Source: Catajapyx aquilonaris
Lineage: Eukaryota
Direction of reading: 5' to 3'
NCBI GenBank assembly: GCA_000934665.2
Contig: KZ538324.1
Span: 62,001 to 82,895, forward strand
DNA length: 20,895 bases
The position numbers and the translations under genes were made by a program. Below, piece by piece: positions 1 to 9,640 of the stretch. The notes beneath the pieces were generated by a model, which saw nothing but the letters and a program-made list of their open reading frames with translations, was not told where the DNA came from and did no database searches. The stretch's first letter is position 1, and each line of letters opens with the position of its first letter.

Positions 1-214
1 AATGACAGCAATGGCAACAGCAGCAGCAGTGGCAGCAGCAGCAGTGGGGACGAGGAGGCTTCCCTCCTCCAGTGTCCCTCTTGCCATGACGCCCATCAAG
101 CTTCCGCCTTCACAGAAGCAGACATCCACTGCCTGCCTTCCATAGTCAACAACATACTGGACGTCGTTGGTTTTACTGATGGCAATGGGGACATTGCTGA
201 GAAAGACAAGAAAG
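1..214 (+). CDS. TRIM71: TRIM71-like coding exon (begins before window): Ser/Gly-rich insert and C-terminal end of RING
   Basis: Frame 1 is open from base 1: NDSNGNSSSSGSSSSGDEEASLLQCPSCHDAHQASAFTEADIHCLPSIVNNILDVVGFTDGNGDIAEKDKK. The donor AAG|GTGGGA at 214/215 is phase 1 and matches the acceptor at 1321/1322. This exon is absent from the ORF track. Confidence 0.8.
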
Positions 215-2996
215 GTGGGATGTTCAATTTATGACGTGTAACATATTTTGAAGTATGGTCAGGCCAATAAGGATGCTTGTCATAAGCACAGTTTTCTAGA
301 TGCTCTTGTCAGTCATACAATTATGTAGAAAGTCAATGCAGTTGCACAGAATGACAGTTTTTAAATGTCTCCTACACTGCTGTAGTAATGCTGCTGATTG
401 TGACATCATGAATGGTGCCCTGAATAATTATTACTGTCGAGGCAGATTCTACTTCTGCACACGGGAGTGGTTGAAAGGTGTGCTAGTTGTCTCCTTCTGA
501 GCTTCCAAGGTAATAATGCTGTAGGTGGTTTGTTTTGTTTGTTTTAGCAGTTTGGTAGCCATATGGGGTCAAAATAGACTCTGATATGGGTATTTTTAAT
601 GGTTACTTGGACTTGTTTTAGGGCCATTTTCTCGAACAGTGGTTCAAATGTAAACCCGGTTCAAAGCCGGTTTAAACCCTTGACAACAGCCTAACAGCAA
701 TCAAATCAGGGATTAAACTGGCTTTGAACCCGGTTTACATTTGAACCACTGTTCGAGAAAACGGCCCTTACACCTGGAGTACTTTTTCACTGCCAATCAA
801 TTTTGACATGACAGTCAATAACAATGTTACGTGGACTGGGTTTACTGACTTGAGTCTCCATTTACTTGCGGCAAGAGCTAATAACTCTTGCTTGCAGCCA
901 TGTGGTGAACCCCAGAGTGGATGATCCTCCCAATGGAACTCAAGTTACAAAAATTAACTTCTAGTCGGGGAATTTCATCTGGGAATTTCAAAAGGGGATC
1001 TAAATTGAGAAAGTAGCACACCTTTTTTCAATTAGGCCATTCTCGATCATTTGCATACAGAAGCGATGGCCACAACTTACAAGTTAGTTGAAATTGGTTT
1101 AAGTGGCATTTGTTGTCCACATGGTTTTAAAATTGCAGCATTGCATTGCAGAAGAATTTCTGAGTGATTTTTTTGGCACCACCCCAAATGTGTAAAGTAA
1201 GAAATATGATGCATCTCAATGATGTTGATTTTTATGAGTGTTCAATAGAAGTTATCTTACTCTGAACAAAAATCACTGGAGTATTTAAACTCTGTGTAAA
1301 GTGTGTGCCTATTTTTTCCAGATCTCCCCTCTGATGTCACCCCACATTCTCTTCCATTGCGATCTGCCCCTGGTACACATCCATGCTCCATCCACCCGAA
1401 TGAAGTCCTGCTCCTGTATTGCGACACGTGCTGTACTCCCATATGTCGCCAATGCAGCTCCAAGGAGGCCCATTCCTCCCACTCCCTCACATACCTGCAG
1501 GAAGCTGCTGAGAGAACCCGTGCCTCTTCTGAGACCATTGTTACCCAGGCCACTGCTGGTATGCGCATTGTGGAAGAGAGAGTCGCTGATCTCAACCGTC
1601 TTCGGCAGCGAGTTGATCTCCATGCTGCTGCAGCGGCTACGGAGGTACGGGCTACCATCCAACGGTATGCCCAAGCGGTGCAATCCCGTGAAAATGAGCT
1701 ACTGGATGAGATTGAACGTGTTCGCTTTGAGAAGCATGCAGCATTGCAACAGCAGGCCACTCGACTTCAGGGAGCAATGCAACGATTACTAACCATCTTA
1801 GAGCAAGCAAGGGGTAGTGACGTCATTGACTTGCTCCAGGCAGATGGTGAGCTGCGTCGGCTGAAAGCCGACTGTAAGGATGAATTCTGTCCAGCTGATG
1901 ATGATGCCATAGCTTTTGTGACACCAGACGAGAGTGTGTACAAGTCATTGTACATGCTTGGCACCGTCTTTTACACATCAAAGCCACGCCGTAGAGCGTA
2001 TATCATACGAGATTATTTCACTGTTGAACCAGATGTGTCACCTAGATTAATCATAGGTGGCGAAGGTGATGGTGAAGGATTGTTGAATCGGCCTTGGGGC
2101 GTATGTTGTGACCACAATGGGCATGTGGTAGTTGCTGATCGCTCCAATAACCGTATTCAGGTATTTCGACCAGATGGCCACCTACGCCACATGTTTGGGT
2201 CCTATGGGTCACGCACAGGCCAGTTTGATCGCCCTGCTGGCATTGCCATTACTCCCACTGGCCGAATTGTGGTTGTGGATAAGGACAATCACCGTGTGCA
2301 AGTCTTCACATTTGAGGGTGCCTTCATCTTTAGCTTTGGAGAGAGGGGCAGTAAAGATGGGCAGTTCAACTATCCCTGGGATGTGGCAGTGAACCAGAAA
2401 AATGGTCAGATTCTGACATCAGACACACGCAACCATCGGGTGCAACTGTTTGATCATGCAGGGAGCTTCATAACTAAGTATGCATACGAGGGATCCCTCT
2501 GGCGTCACTTTGATGCTCCCCGAGGAGTTTGCTTCTCCCATGATGGCAGTGTGCTGGTGTCGGATTTTAACAATCACAGAGTCCTGGTGATGGATGCCAA
2601 CCTGCGCAATGCCAGGTTCATTGGTAGTGGAGGAACTGGGCCTGGGGAGTTCAACAGACCACAGGGCGTGGCAGTGGATGCAGTTGGACGCATCATCGTG
2701 GCAGACTCAAGAAACAACCGTATCCAGGTTGGTACATAATGAATGATTTTCACCTTGATTCATCTGATTTAATTCTAATTTGTGCCATGTTTGTGACAAA
2801 AGATGGTGTCAGCATGCTGAGATGTAAATTTGTGTACGTACAGGTGTTCAATTCGGATGGGAGCTACATCAACAGTTTTGGAGGAGGGCCAGGAAAGGCT
2901 CCTGGACAGCTTGACCGCCCTGGAGGTGTTTGCATCTCGCCATCTGGGGAGATTGTTGTTGTTGATTTTGGAAACCATCGCATTCAGATCTTCTGA
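1..2996 (+). CDS. TRIM71: TRIM71/lin-41/wech-like TRIM-NHL RNA-binding E3 ligase, 5'-partial gene model join(<1..214,1322..2727,2844..2996), 590 aa in window
   Basis: The joined exons total 1773 nt and stay in frame, with GT-AG introns 215-1321 (phase 1) and 2728-2843 (phase 0). The protein has a RING tail (LQCPSC...LPSIVNNILDVV), a B-box (CSIHPNEVLLLYCDTCCTPICRQC...H..H), a coiled coil and six NHL repeats. The repeats carry TRIM71-subfamily signatures (RPWGV..D..G.VVVADRSNNRIQVF; FNYPWDVAVN; YEGSLWRHFDAPRGV). Confidence 0.9.
621..767. mobile_element. PIF/Harbinger (Tourist-like) MITE in TRIM71 intron
   Basis: About 60 bp near-perfect TIRs (GGGCCATTTTCTCGAACAGTGGTTCAAATGTAAACCC... / ...TTTACATTTGAACCACTGTTCGAGAAAACGGCCC). 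TTA on both sides (618-620, 768-770) is the 3-bp TSD. Confidence 0.9.
1322..2727 (+). CDS. TRIM71: TRIM71-like exon: B-box, coiled coil, NHL repeats 1-5
   Basis: Lies within ORF 1303..2739. Acceptor ttttttccAG|AT at 1321/1322 and donor CAG|GTTGGT at 2727/2728. Confidence 0.92.
2844..2996 (+). CDS. TRIM71: TRIM71-like last coding exon: end of NHL5 and NHL repeat 6
   Basis: Acceptor gtacAG|GTG at 2843/2844. Translates VFNSDGSYINSFGGGPGKAPGQLDRPGGVCISPSGEIVVVDFGNHRIQIF*, continuing RIQ|VF from the previous exon. Confidence 0.92.
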   Translation: MFNSDGSYINSFGGGPGKAPGQLDRPGGVCISPSGEIVVVDFGNHRIQIF

Positions 2997-3775
2997 ATGC
3001 CACAGCAAGACTTTTAATCCATCTTTACAAGAAGATTTACAAAACCCAAGTTCCTAGGTGGTGAATTTTGTTTTTACTTATGAAACACCACCCACAAGGT
3101 ATTGTGTGTCCATGCTATAATTTTTTAAAGTTCAGTGTGTTTTACATTGGCTAAGTTTTGCTGGTGTTTTAGCATGCTGCGCCTATTTCTATGTAACGGA
3201 AAGTTCCTAATCATGTTGATGACAATCTTAGCTTATGTTGAATCTATACTTAATTATGGAATGCATGTATTGATTATTTTTAATTTTACACTGGCGCGTG
3301 TGATTGAATGAAAGGCAAGGAATATTTTTTATTTGGTACCCACTTTCTGACAGCTGAATTGCAATACTCTTAGCAAAGTGTTTTGTGATAGAGAGAGTCA
3401 AGTTCTCATCCTTCCATTTTTAAGTTTGAATATCTTTTGGGAGGGAATAGTTAAGAGTCAAGGGATATGTTTTTATGTTTCACCATGAAGAGATTTATTA
3501 TTTATGTGAGACCATTTTTTGTTATTTTTTATAGGCAGAATAACTTCATATGGATACAGGTATCCTAACCACACTTTAAAAGAAGTCAAAAGTTTTTGAA
3601 TTGCAATTGTTGTTGCATGTTCATTCCACAAGTGGAATTTGTAGTAGTAAAACATTTTTACCGATGCATGCAGGGTCCTTTTTAAAACTGCCTTTTTCTA
3701 ATGACTAAGGCATTGTAGGACTCGAGGGGGGAGTATTAGTGAGAAAAAGCCAGACAAGTGTGGTGATTTTTTGAT

Positions 3776-3832
3776 TACGGGTTTTTTGCAAAACGGGTTC
3801 TGCAAAGAAAAGACTGAACGGGTTTTTTGCAA
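3776..3832 (+). repeat. Three copies of ACGGGTT(TTT)TGCAA, each with a miR-100 seed match; possibly hAT-type subterminal repeats
   Basis: ACGGGTTTTTTGCAA at 3777-3791, ACGGGTTCTGCAA at 3793-3805 and ACGGGTTTTTTGCAA at 3818-3832. Confidence 0.7.
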
Positions 3833-4120
3833 TTGTATGTAAATGAGCATCATATAGCCAAATGTTTACAAAATGTAGTAATAGCATGAATTTTTCCCAG
3901 TTAAGCTTGATAGCTGCTCACATTTGTTTTTATGCTTTTGTAGTGATGTGATTTTTTAAAACTCACTGCCATTCCAGTTTAGAAGTACAAAATGTCCCCT
4001 TTTACCTGTGTTACCAGTTAAAGCATTGTGCTCTGCAATTCTCAGTCGTATACCAACAGGAATTTTTTTTTTCTCTAGTAGTTGCCATATTTTAAAGTAA
4101 GGCTTCATAGCCTTATGTGT

Positions 4121-4320
4121 CAAGGGTGGAAAGTATATCGAGCTCTCTGTGAAATAATGTTGGATTATGATATCGTGGTCTAATGATAATTGTTCAGATG
4201 CATATAACACACTGATACATCACATTAGAAGTTATGAGCGAGACAAAGACACTAATTTCGCAGGTAATATTTCAGCATATTTTCCCCGACAGCTCGATGC
4301 AGATGTTAACTTTCACCCTG
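4121..4320. mobile_element. Degenerate MITE/inverted repeat in the predicted TRIM71 3'UTR
   Basis: Left CAAGGGTGGAAAGTATATCGAGCTCTCTGTGAAATAATGTTGGATTATGA aligns, with gaps, to the reverse complement of the right end CAGGGTGAAAGTTAACATCTGCATCGAGCTGTCGGGGAAAATATGCTGAAATATTA. No TSD is retained. Confidence 0.5.
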
Positions 4321-4749
4321 AAAAAAAAATATTGCATTGTATTTGGTGATGAACAAGTGTGAATCTCGTAGCTATATGGATTTAAAGTGAGGGTTACAAA
4401 TCAAATGCATGTTTGCATGCTCACTTCCAACAGTCAGCCAATGAGAGTAGAAAGACTGATTGCCAAATTTGAAGCGTACAAAGTCTATGATTTGCTCGGC
4501 GAGTATTTTCAAAAAATAACGAGCAAGCAATTGGTGTTTTCTGTGACCTTTTCAGATAGATAGTGTTAAATGAGTGAAACTCAAAAGTCTTTGGAGAAAA
4601 TATGTATTAGCACTTAGCGAGTAGGTCTAGCTGATATTTGCTCATGTATCTGGATGTACCTTGGATAGCAGCTTGCACGTCATGTGATAAACAAAGCTCC
4701 AAGGTTAATATTGTACTTAATTATTGGGACAAATTAATCGTGTTCATTC

Positions 4750-4755
4750 AATAAA
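4750..4755 (+). terminator. Poly(A) signal AATAAA, probably of the TRIM71-like gene
   Basis: First canonical AATAAA on + that I found after the stop at 2996. It is followed by CA at 4771-4772 and a T-rich tract. Confidence 0.55.
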
Positions 4756-4778
4756 AGACTGAAATGTGTACACAAGAT

Positions 4779-4784
4779 TTTATT
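4779..4784 (-). terminator. Poly(A) signal AATAAA of CNOT10
   Basis: TTTATT on + at 4779-4784, 4 nt downstream of the CNOT10 stop. On - it is followed by CA and a T-rich tract. Confidence 0.65.
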
Positions 4785-4788
4785 AAGT

Positions 4789-4844
4789 TCATCTGTACTG
4801 GGGATGGTGGCGCTTGATGATTTGCTTGGTGATGTCAGTGTGAC
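4789..4844 (-). CDS. CNOT10: CNOT10 last coding exon
   Basis: Acceptor cctgtccacAG|GT, translating (G)HTDITKQIIKRHHPQYR*. TGA at 4791-4789 is followed 4 nt later by AATAAA. Confidence 0.85.
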
Positions 4845-7800
4845 CTGTGGACAGGACATCCAGTTTATTTCAAGAAGAGTGTCTTGAGAAGGGAGGAGAA
4901 AGTCACTTGCCAAACAAAAAAAAAAAAGTAACCTTCAGTTTGGAAAGTAGGGTAGGAAGTGAAAGCCCCCAATAAATAAAACCATGCCTATTTCCAACTT
5001 CCACACCAAAATGCAGGGCATCATCTAGTCAAGGACTAAAAATGACGAGATTGGGTGCATGGATGGGAGGTAAGTATAGCCATGCTTATAATTATCCAAG
5101 GAGTGAATGACAGTGATCCAAGCTTTCATTACAGGGCAAAGGATATGAAGTAGTCCTCAAGAGGCAGAGAAAAAGATATCTTGTACTACACAACAAGTGG
5201 AACATTTTTACATCAAGTCATGCAGTGCATTTTGACGGAAGGGGTGGAGGAGCCCAGCTAAGGTGGAGCACTCACCCAGTTGTAACTGAATGTACAGCGC
5301 CAACATCACCACATGGACTGGAATTTCAGTTTGAGGTGACTTTTGCACCCAAAGCTGCAAAATGGTAACAAAATTATTATTAGAAGAACCTATTGAAATG
5401 AAATTCTGCCCAACAGTCAACAATAATTTTTAAGAAATCAAAGCTATCACAACTGAAAATACATGCACACAAGACTTTTATAACATTGTTTAATATCCAG
5501 ATTTTACATGATACACAGCACTCGATCTATAGACTGATTCTGTTGAGTGGCTGGCAAGTAAAAAAGATCAGCATCATATTCCAATCTGAATGGTTCAGTG
5601 AGCATTAATTTTCTGAAATTACAAGACCTGCTACAAAAGTGATCATATTTATCTGCAGATTTCCTTTTGTGTAAGGCTTTTCACTGAATGAAAGACAACT
5701 ACCACTCCTGTACCTGTCGCAGTAGCTCGCCCGCCTTGTCAGCCTCCCCCCTGAGCACATATGCCACACACAGGTTGTACTGCATGGTAGCCCTTCCCTG
5801 TGCTGTAGAACATGGGGTATAGTCCTTCATTCTTGCATCAACCCATCGCTCTGGCTCCAACCCTGACTCCTTTTCTTTCTCTCCCGGTATCCCTGCCATG
5901 GGCACAAAAATATCTGCCACCTCTTCCGGCTTGAGGTGATCCATTGCATCTGACACTTTGTCTAAGAGCAAAAGGGCTTCCGCTGCATAAAGGTGGCCCA
6001 GGAGACGGTGCATCCCTGATATCGTAGGTTGGGCCAATAGTGACTCAGCAGATCGCAGAGCAAGGAGATAGTTCCCCAGGCAGAGCGACACATAGGCTGA
6101 AGTACATAGGGCTGAGCACCGAAGGGAATGGATCTCCTGTGGGGGCATGGGGGAGGCTGGGGTGGACGTGTGAGGCGGCATGGGTGGGTTTGGGGGTGGG
6201 GGTGGAGGGTGGGGAGGATGTGAGGATGACATGTTGGAAGTGTCTGGTAATGTGGTGTATGAGTGAGATGGAGCTGGAGCAGGTGTGGTTGTGGCTGGGT
6301 CAGGGTTCAGGAGGAAGAGGGCATTTTTGAGGCATAGGGCAGCAAACTCCAAGGTCACCACAGGTATCGCATGTGACTGGCCATCAGGACTGGAAGAGAA
6401 GGACTTCATTACTTCTTTTTCTACTATGAAGATGGTCGTTTTAGATGACTAAGGTGAACTTATGCACATCAGGTGTTACTGAGAAGTTTTCTTTTTCCAC
6501 AACACAATCTGTGCTTCACTTACTTGTACTTGTCCTGATTTGACAAGTGCGGAACAAACAGGATCTTGCGACTGCTCCCTGTCCCAACAACACCTTGCAC
6601 CAATTCCTTCTTACGGTCTTGCATTTTGAAATCACTTGCATTTCCCTGCAAGTAGAATATGACATCGATTAGTCAGAAGTCTTCGCGTCCTTTACGTTAT
6701 TATACTCGTATTATCCTTCAGACAACTGCTGTGCTAGATTGCACATTATCCTGAGAAAGGAGCCTCCAAGAGGAGGTTGTGGAATAACTGACCTCTTTGT
6801 GCGCCTTAACGCAACATTCAGCCAGCCTCGTCCAGATCCTGGGGTTGGTATGATAAACCTGAAGAGCTTCCAGCAGGCATTCAAAGGCCTGCACTGGCCT
6901 CCCAATCAACAGCAATGTGATGCCCAGGTTGTAGATCAGCTCATAGTGACGATTGGCTCCCAGGGTGTACAGGGGGCAGTCTTGACCCCTCTGAGACTTA
7001 ACCAGCTCTTCATTAAGTTTCAAAGCCTTCTGCAGGTAGAAGCAGGCCAAATTGGGTTTCCCCATCGCATAGTGGATGCAGCCGGTATTGTTGTAGTACA
7101 TTGTTGCGATGCACTGGCCAGTTGAATGAAACTCTGAAGATGCTGCAGCATTTGGGGCAGAGTTGAGCACTTTCATGGCCTTTTTTGGGTTGCCCTTGCG
7201 ATATTCCAGGTGTGCCTTCATGGTAGAAAAAAACAGTGTAAATCAAATAGTACAGCAGTAATTAAACAATGGGAAATTTCCAATATTATCTGCTAATCAG
7301 TATTGTTGAATATGATCCAATATGTGTATTTGCAATATGAGCCGAGAAATACTATTCATCCTAAGAAACAAGACTACCTTGAGGTATATGCTGCATATGG
7401 TTGGTGCCACAGTAGCAGACATAAGCCCCTTCAGCTCCCGTTTGCATGAACGTAGAGAGTTATTAGCTAAGTATGCAACCACTCTCTGCTGCTGCAGTTT
7501 TAGCCTGAATGCATCTGGTTTGGCCTCTGGCTGTGGTGGCTGGTGAGGAGGGGACGACTGCTTCAGACTCTCCCCCTTCAGGATGGTGTCCTTGTCCTGA
7601 CCTAAGCTGACCTTCAAGGTGGCAGAGCATGCTAGCATTTGAGACTCCACATAGTCAATCAAACCTAGGGCTTTGTCTGGCTGGTTGGTCAGCAGGTGAA
7701 GCTCAATCAAAAGGATGCACACTTGCCGTGCAAGGCCCTCCTCTAAAAAAAATTGCATTCACATGTCATGTAGAGACAACCAACATAAAATACCTGGTTG

Positions 7801-9205
7801 ATCAACTCCCCATTCCTCATGGTAAATATTTTCAGCAGTAGAAACCAAATGAAAGCGTCAATCTATACCAGCCCTATGACACTCCTCGAATACGGTAGTG
7901 TAATAAGACTAATAACTGTGTCCCATTGTTCGCTAAGATGCCATCTTGTTCAAGGTGCAACGCCTGTGGTAGGTAGCGGGTAATCTGCCGTGATTGGCTC
8001 GATCTTTCTTTCCTTATGCAGACTTATCACTTTAGTGCACCTTGAAAAAGATGGCGGATAGCAAACGATGTAGCGCTGCCAGCATCAAAAGTCCAGTCAG
8101 GCGGAGACACAGGAATTTAACTACCGTATCCATACAACTGAGGGGGAAGTGACATGGGGCTGATATGTACTTACAAAACTTACTGCAATGGTATAAGTGT
8201 ATGGTTGACTGCAGATCGCATGTTTTATTAACCCTGGAACTGTGACAAGGGGTCTTTTAGGACCCCAGAGGAATAAAAATGCATTAAATTGATAATTACA
8301 ATGAACTGCTGCCATTTAAAAAAAGTATATAACAGGAAGTGCATGTTTATTTTGAATTAGCGATCATTTTAGGCATTGTTCAAAGAATGATTGCATATCC
8401 TCATATATTGTATAAATGAAAGTGGATGTACGTACAGTGTACGTATACAGGGTGTTTCAACTTTTTTGTCCGAACAGTTATCGGAAATATTTCACTATAA
8501 GCTACTACTTTGTAAGCAGTGACATGCAACCTGTTTGTCGGAGGAATGGGGAATATTCCCTGCGAATCATAGTTTGAAGTGGCATACACTGCTTACGAAG
8601 TAGCAGCTCAGTGCAATATTTCCTATAACTGTTCGGACCAAAAAAGTTGAAGCACCCTGTATATAACACGCCGGTTCCAGTTCCTGGGTTAAACATTTTG
8701 TCAATTCACTAATGACATGTCGGACAGACTATTATATGCTATCTGATTTTAATTATTCTATCCCATTCTATCTTTAAGTTAAATGGGGATGGGCCAAATT
8801 ACCCATGGGCTCAAGAAAACTGAGCAGCTTGTTTAATATCTTGAGTGCTGCCCAGTACTGCCTGGAGTGGTAGAGCAACACGGCCTGGTTGTAGTAGAGC
8901 GTGCAGTGGTCCACTTCTTCTAGTCCCTCCACAGAGTCCAGTCTGATTCTGGCCTGCTGTGCAATCAGGCGGAGATCGTTCCCAAAGCTGGCTACCCTCC
9001 TCAGTTCGGAGCGATACAACTCTGCCACGGCCCTGTTGTGCAACACCTTCACGTCGTTGGGCCGAAGCGTCTCCAACTTGGCCAACGGCTGGAGGCATCC
9101 CGTCCAGTTGCCCCGCTCAAACTCACTTATGGCGGTCGTGGCCAGCTCCTTCTCCTGCTCCGAGATGGGTTGGGGCTTGTCCGCATCAGACTCCCGTGCA
9201 GTCAT
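4789..9205 (-). CDS. CNOT10: CCR4-NOT transcription complex subunit 10, complement(join(4789..4844,5276..5354,5714..6389,6524..6645,6793..7215,7378..7742,8803..9205)), 707 aa
   Basis: Seven exons total 2124 nt (708 codons including the stop). All introns are GT-AG with matching phases. The TPR-like protein has CNOT10 motifs: KVLHNRAVAELY, LYYNQAVLLYH, LKAHLEY.KGN.KKAMKVLN, MYYNNTGCIHYAMGK, YELIYNLGITLL, FECLLEALQVYHTNPRIWTRLAECC, TLEFAALCLKNAL, LGHLYAAEAL and LALYIQLQLG. Confidence 0.93.
5276..5354 (-). CDS. CNOT10: CNOT10 coding exon 6
   Basis: Acceptor attttgcAG|CTT, translating LWVQKSPQTEIPVHVVMLALYIQLQL, donor G|GTGAGT (phase 1). Confidence 0.88.
5714..6389 (-). CDS. CNOT10: CNOT10 coding exon 5 (includes Pro-rich insert)
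   Basis: Acceptor ttctcttccAG|T (phase 2), translating PDGQSHAIPVVTLEFAALCLKNAL...KAGELLRQ, donor CAG|GTACAG (phase 0). Confidence 0.88.
6524..6645 (-). CDS. CNOT10: CNOT10 coding exon 4 (not in ORF track)
   Basis: Acceptor cttgcAG|GGA, translating GNASDFKMQDRKKELVQGVVGTGSSRKILFVPHLSNQDKY, donor AA|GTAAGT (phase 2). It matches the CNOT10 'VQ..VG.G..RKI' segment. Confidence 0.88.
6793..7215 (-). CDS. CNOT10: CNOT10 coding exon 3
   Basis: AHLEYRKGNPKKAMKVLN...RLAECCVKAHKE. Acceptor catgaAG|GCA and donor GAG|GTCAGT (phase 0). Confidence 0.9.
7378..7742 (-). CDS. CNOT10: CNOT10 coding exon 2
   Basis: Acceptor ttttttttAG|AG, translating EEGLARQVCILLIELHL...CSIYLK, donor AAG|GTAGTC (phase 0). 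Confidence 0.9.
7916..8112. mobile_element. Degenerate MITE-like foldback in CNOT10 intron
   Basis: Arm 7924-7959 (CATTGTTCGCTAAGATGCCATCTTGTTCAAGGTGCA) pairs with arm 8036-8070 (TGCACCTTGAAAAAGATGGCGGATAGCAAACGATG). Outer CTGTGTC and GACACAG sit at 7916 and 8112. No clear TSD. Confidence 0.55.
8448..8659. mobile_element. Tc1/mariner-type MITE in CNOT10 intron
   Basis: About 75 bp TIRs (CAGGGTGTTTCAACTTTTTTGTCCGAACAGTTAT... / ...ATAACTGTTCGGACCAAAAAAGTTGAAGCACCCTG). TA (in TATA context) flanks both sides, at 8446-8447 and 8660-8661. Confidence 0.9.
8803..9205 (-). CDS. CNOT10: CNOT10 coding exon 1 (ATG at 9205, 1 nt after the acceptor at 9207/9206)
   Basis: MTARESDADKPQPISEQEKELA...LLSFLEPM. 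Acceptor ctttcccaaAG|GATG and donor ATGG|GTAATT (phase 1). Confidence 0.88.
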
Positions 9206-9563
9206 CCTTTGGGAAAGCAAAGAGCATAGGCAGTAAGACATTTGTGCAGGAGACGTGACGTTTCACAGTTGACTGCATGTTCAGGCAATATATCACAGCA
9301 AGCACGTGTTTGTTAGCGGGGCATGACTTCCGAATGTATGAAATGTAAGCAACCAGGTATTACGTGGAAGCAAATATTAAATTTCATCTTCAATGCATGG
9401 CAATCTAGTCTCGAGATCTGAATGCAAGGCAGCCGAGGGTGATTAACCGCATGTTACCCGGCCTCCCGCCTCCTGAGCCAGGGCGGCCCCTCTCCGCCCA
9501 GGCCAGGGGCAGGCCCCGCGTCCTCCTCGACACGTGGGCGAGTACCTCCCAGTCCGGCCTTAC

Positions 9564-9640
9564 CTTTCCGATGGTCAAGTCAGCAGCCAGGCATCCCTTG
9601 TCTCGCAAACAACAACAAATGATCGGCAGACATCTTACAG
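9564..9640 (-). other. Candidate non-coding 5'UTR exon of CNOT10
   Basis: The acceptor 1 nt before the CNOT10 ATG requires an upstream exon. There is a strong donor AAG|GTAAGG at 9564/9563, followed on - by a GC/CpG-rich stretch (9440-9560). The 5' boundary is uncertain. Confidence 0.4.

Noticed and set aside
215..1321. Hidden B-box1 or cassette exon in the TRIM71 intron (AG near 445 and 897)
   Set aside because: Phase-compatible reading from these acceptors hits TGA within a few codons, and no B-box Cys/His pattern is present.
1257..1792. ORFs 1257..1760(-), 1301..1792(+) and 1309..1683(-)
   Set aside because: Shadow frames of the TRIM71 exon with no recognisable motifs.
2739..2843. ORF 2739..2996 as a separate gene
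   Set aside because: Its N-terminal part is intron 2728-2843; the rest is the last TRIM71 exon.
8811..9258. Overlapping ORFs around CNOT10 exon 1, and similar ones at 6040-6330 and 6739-7125
   Set aside because: Antisense or alternative-frame shadows of GC-rich coding exons.
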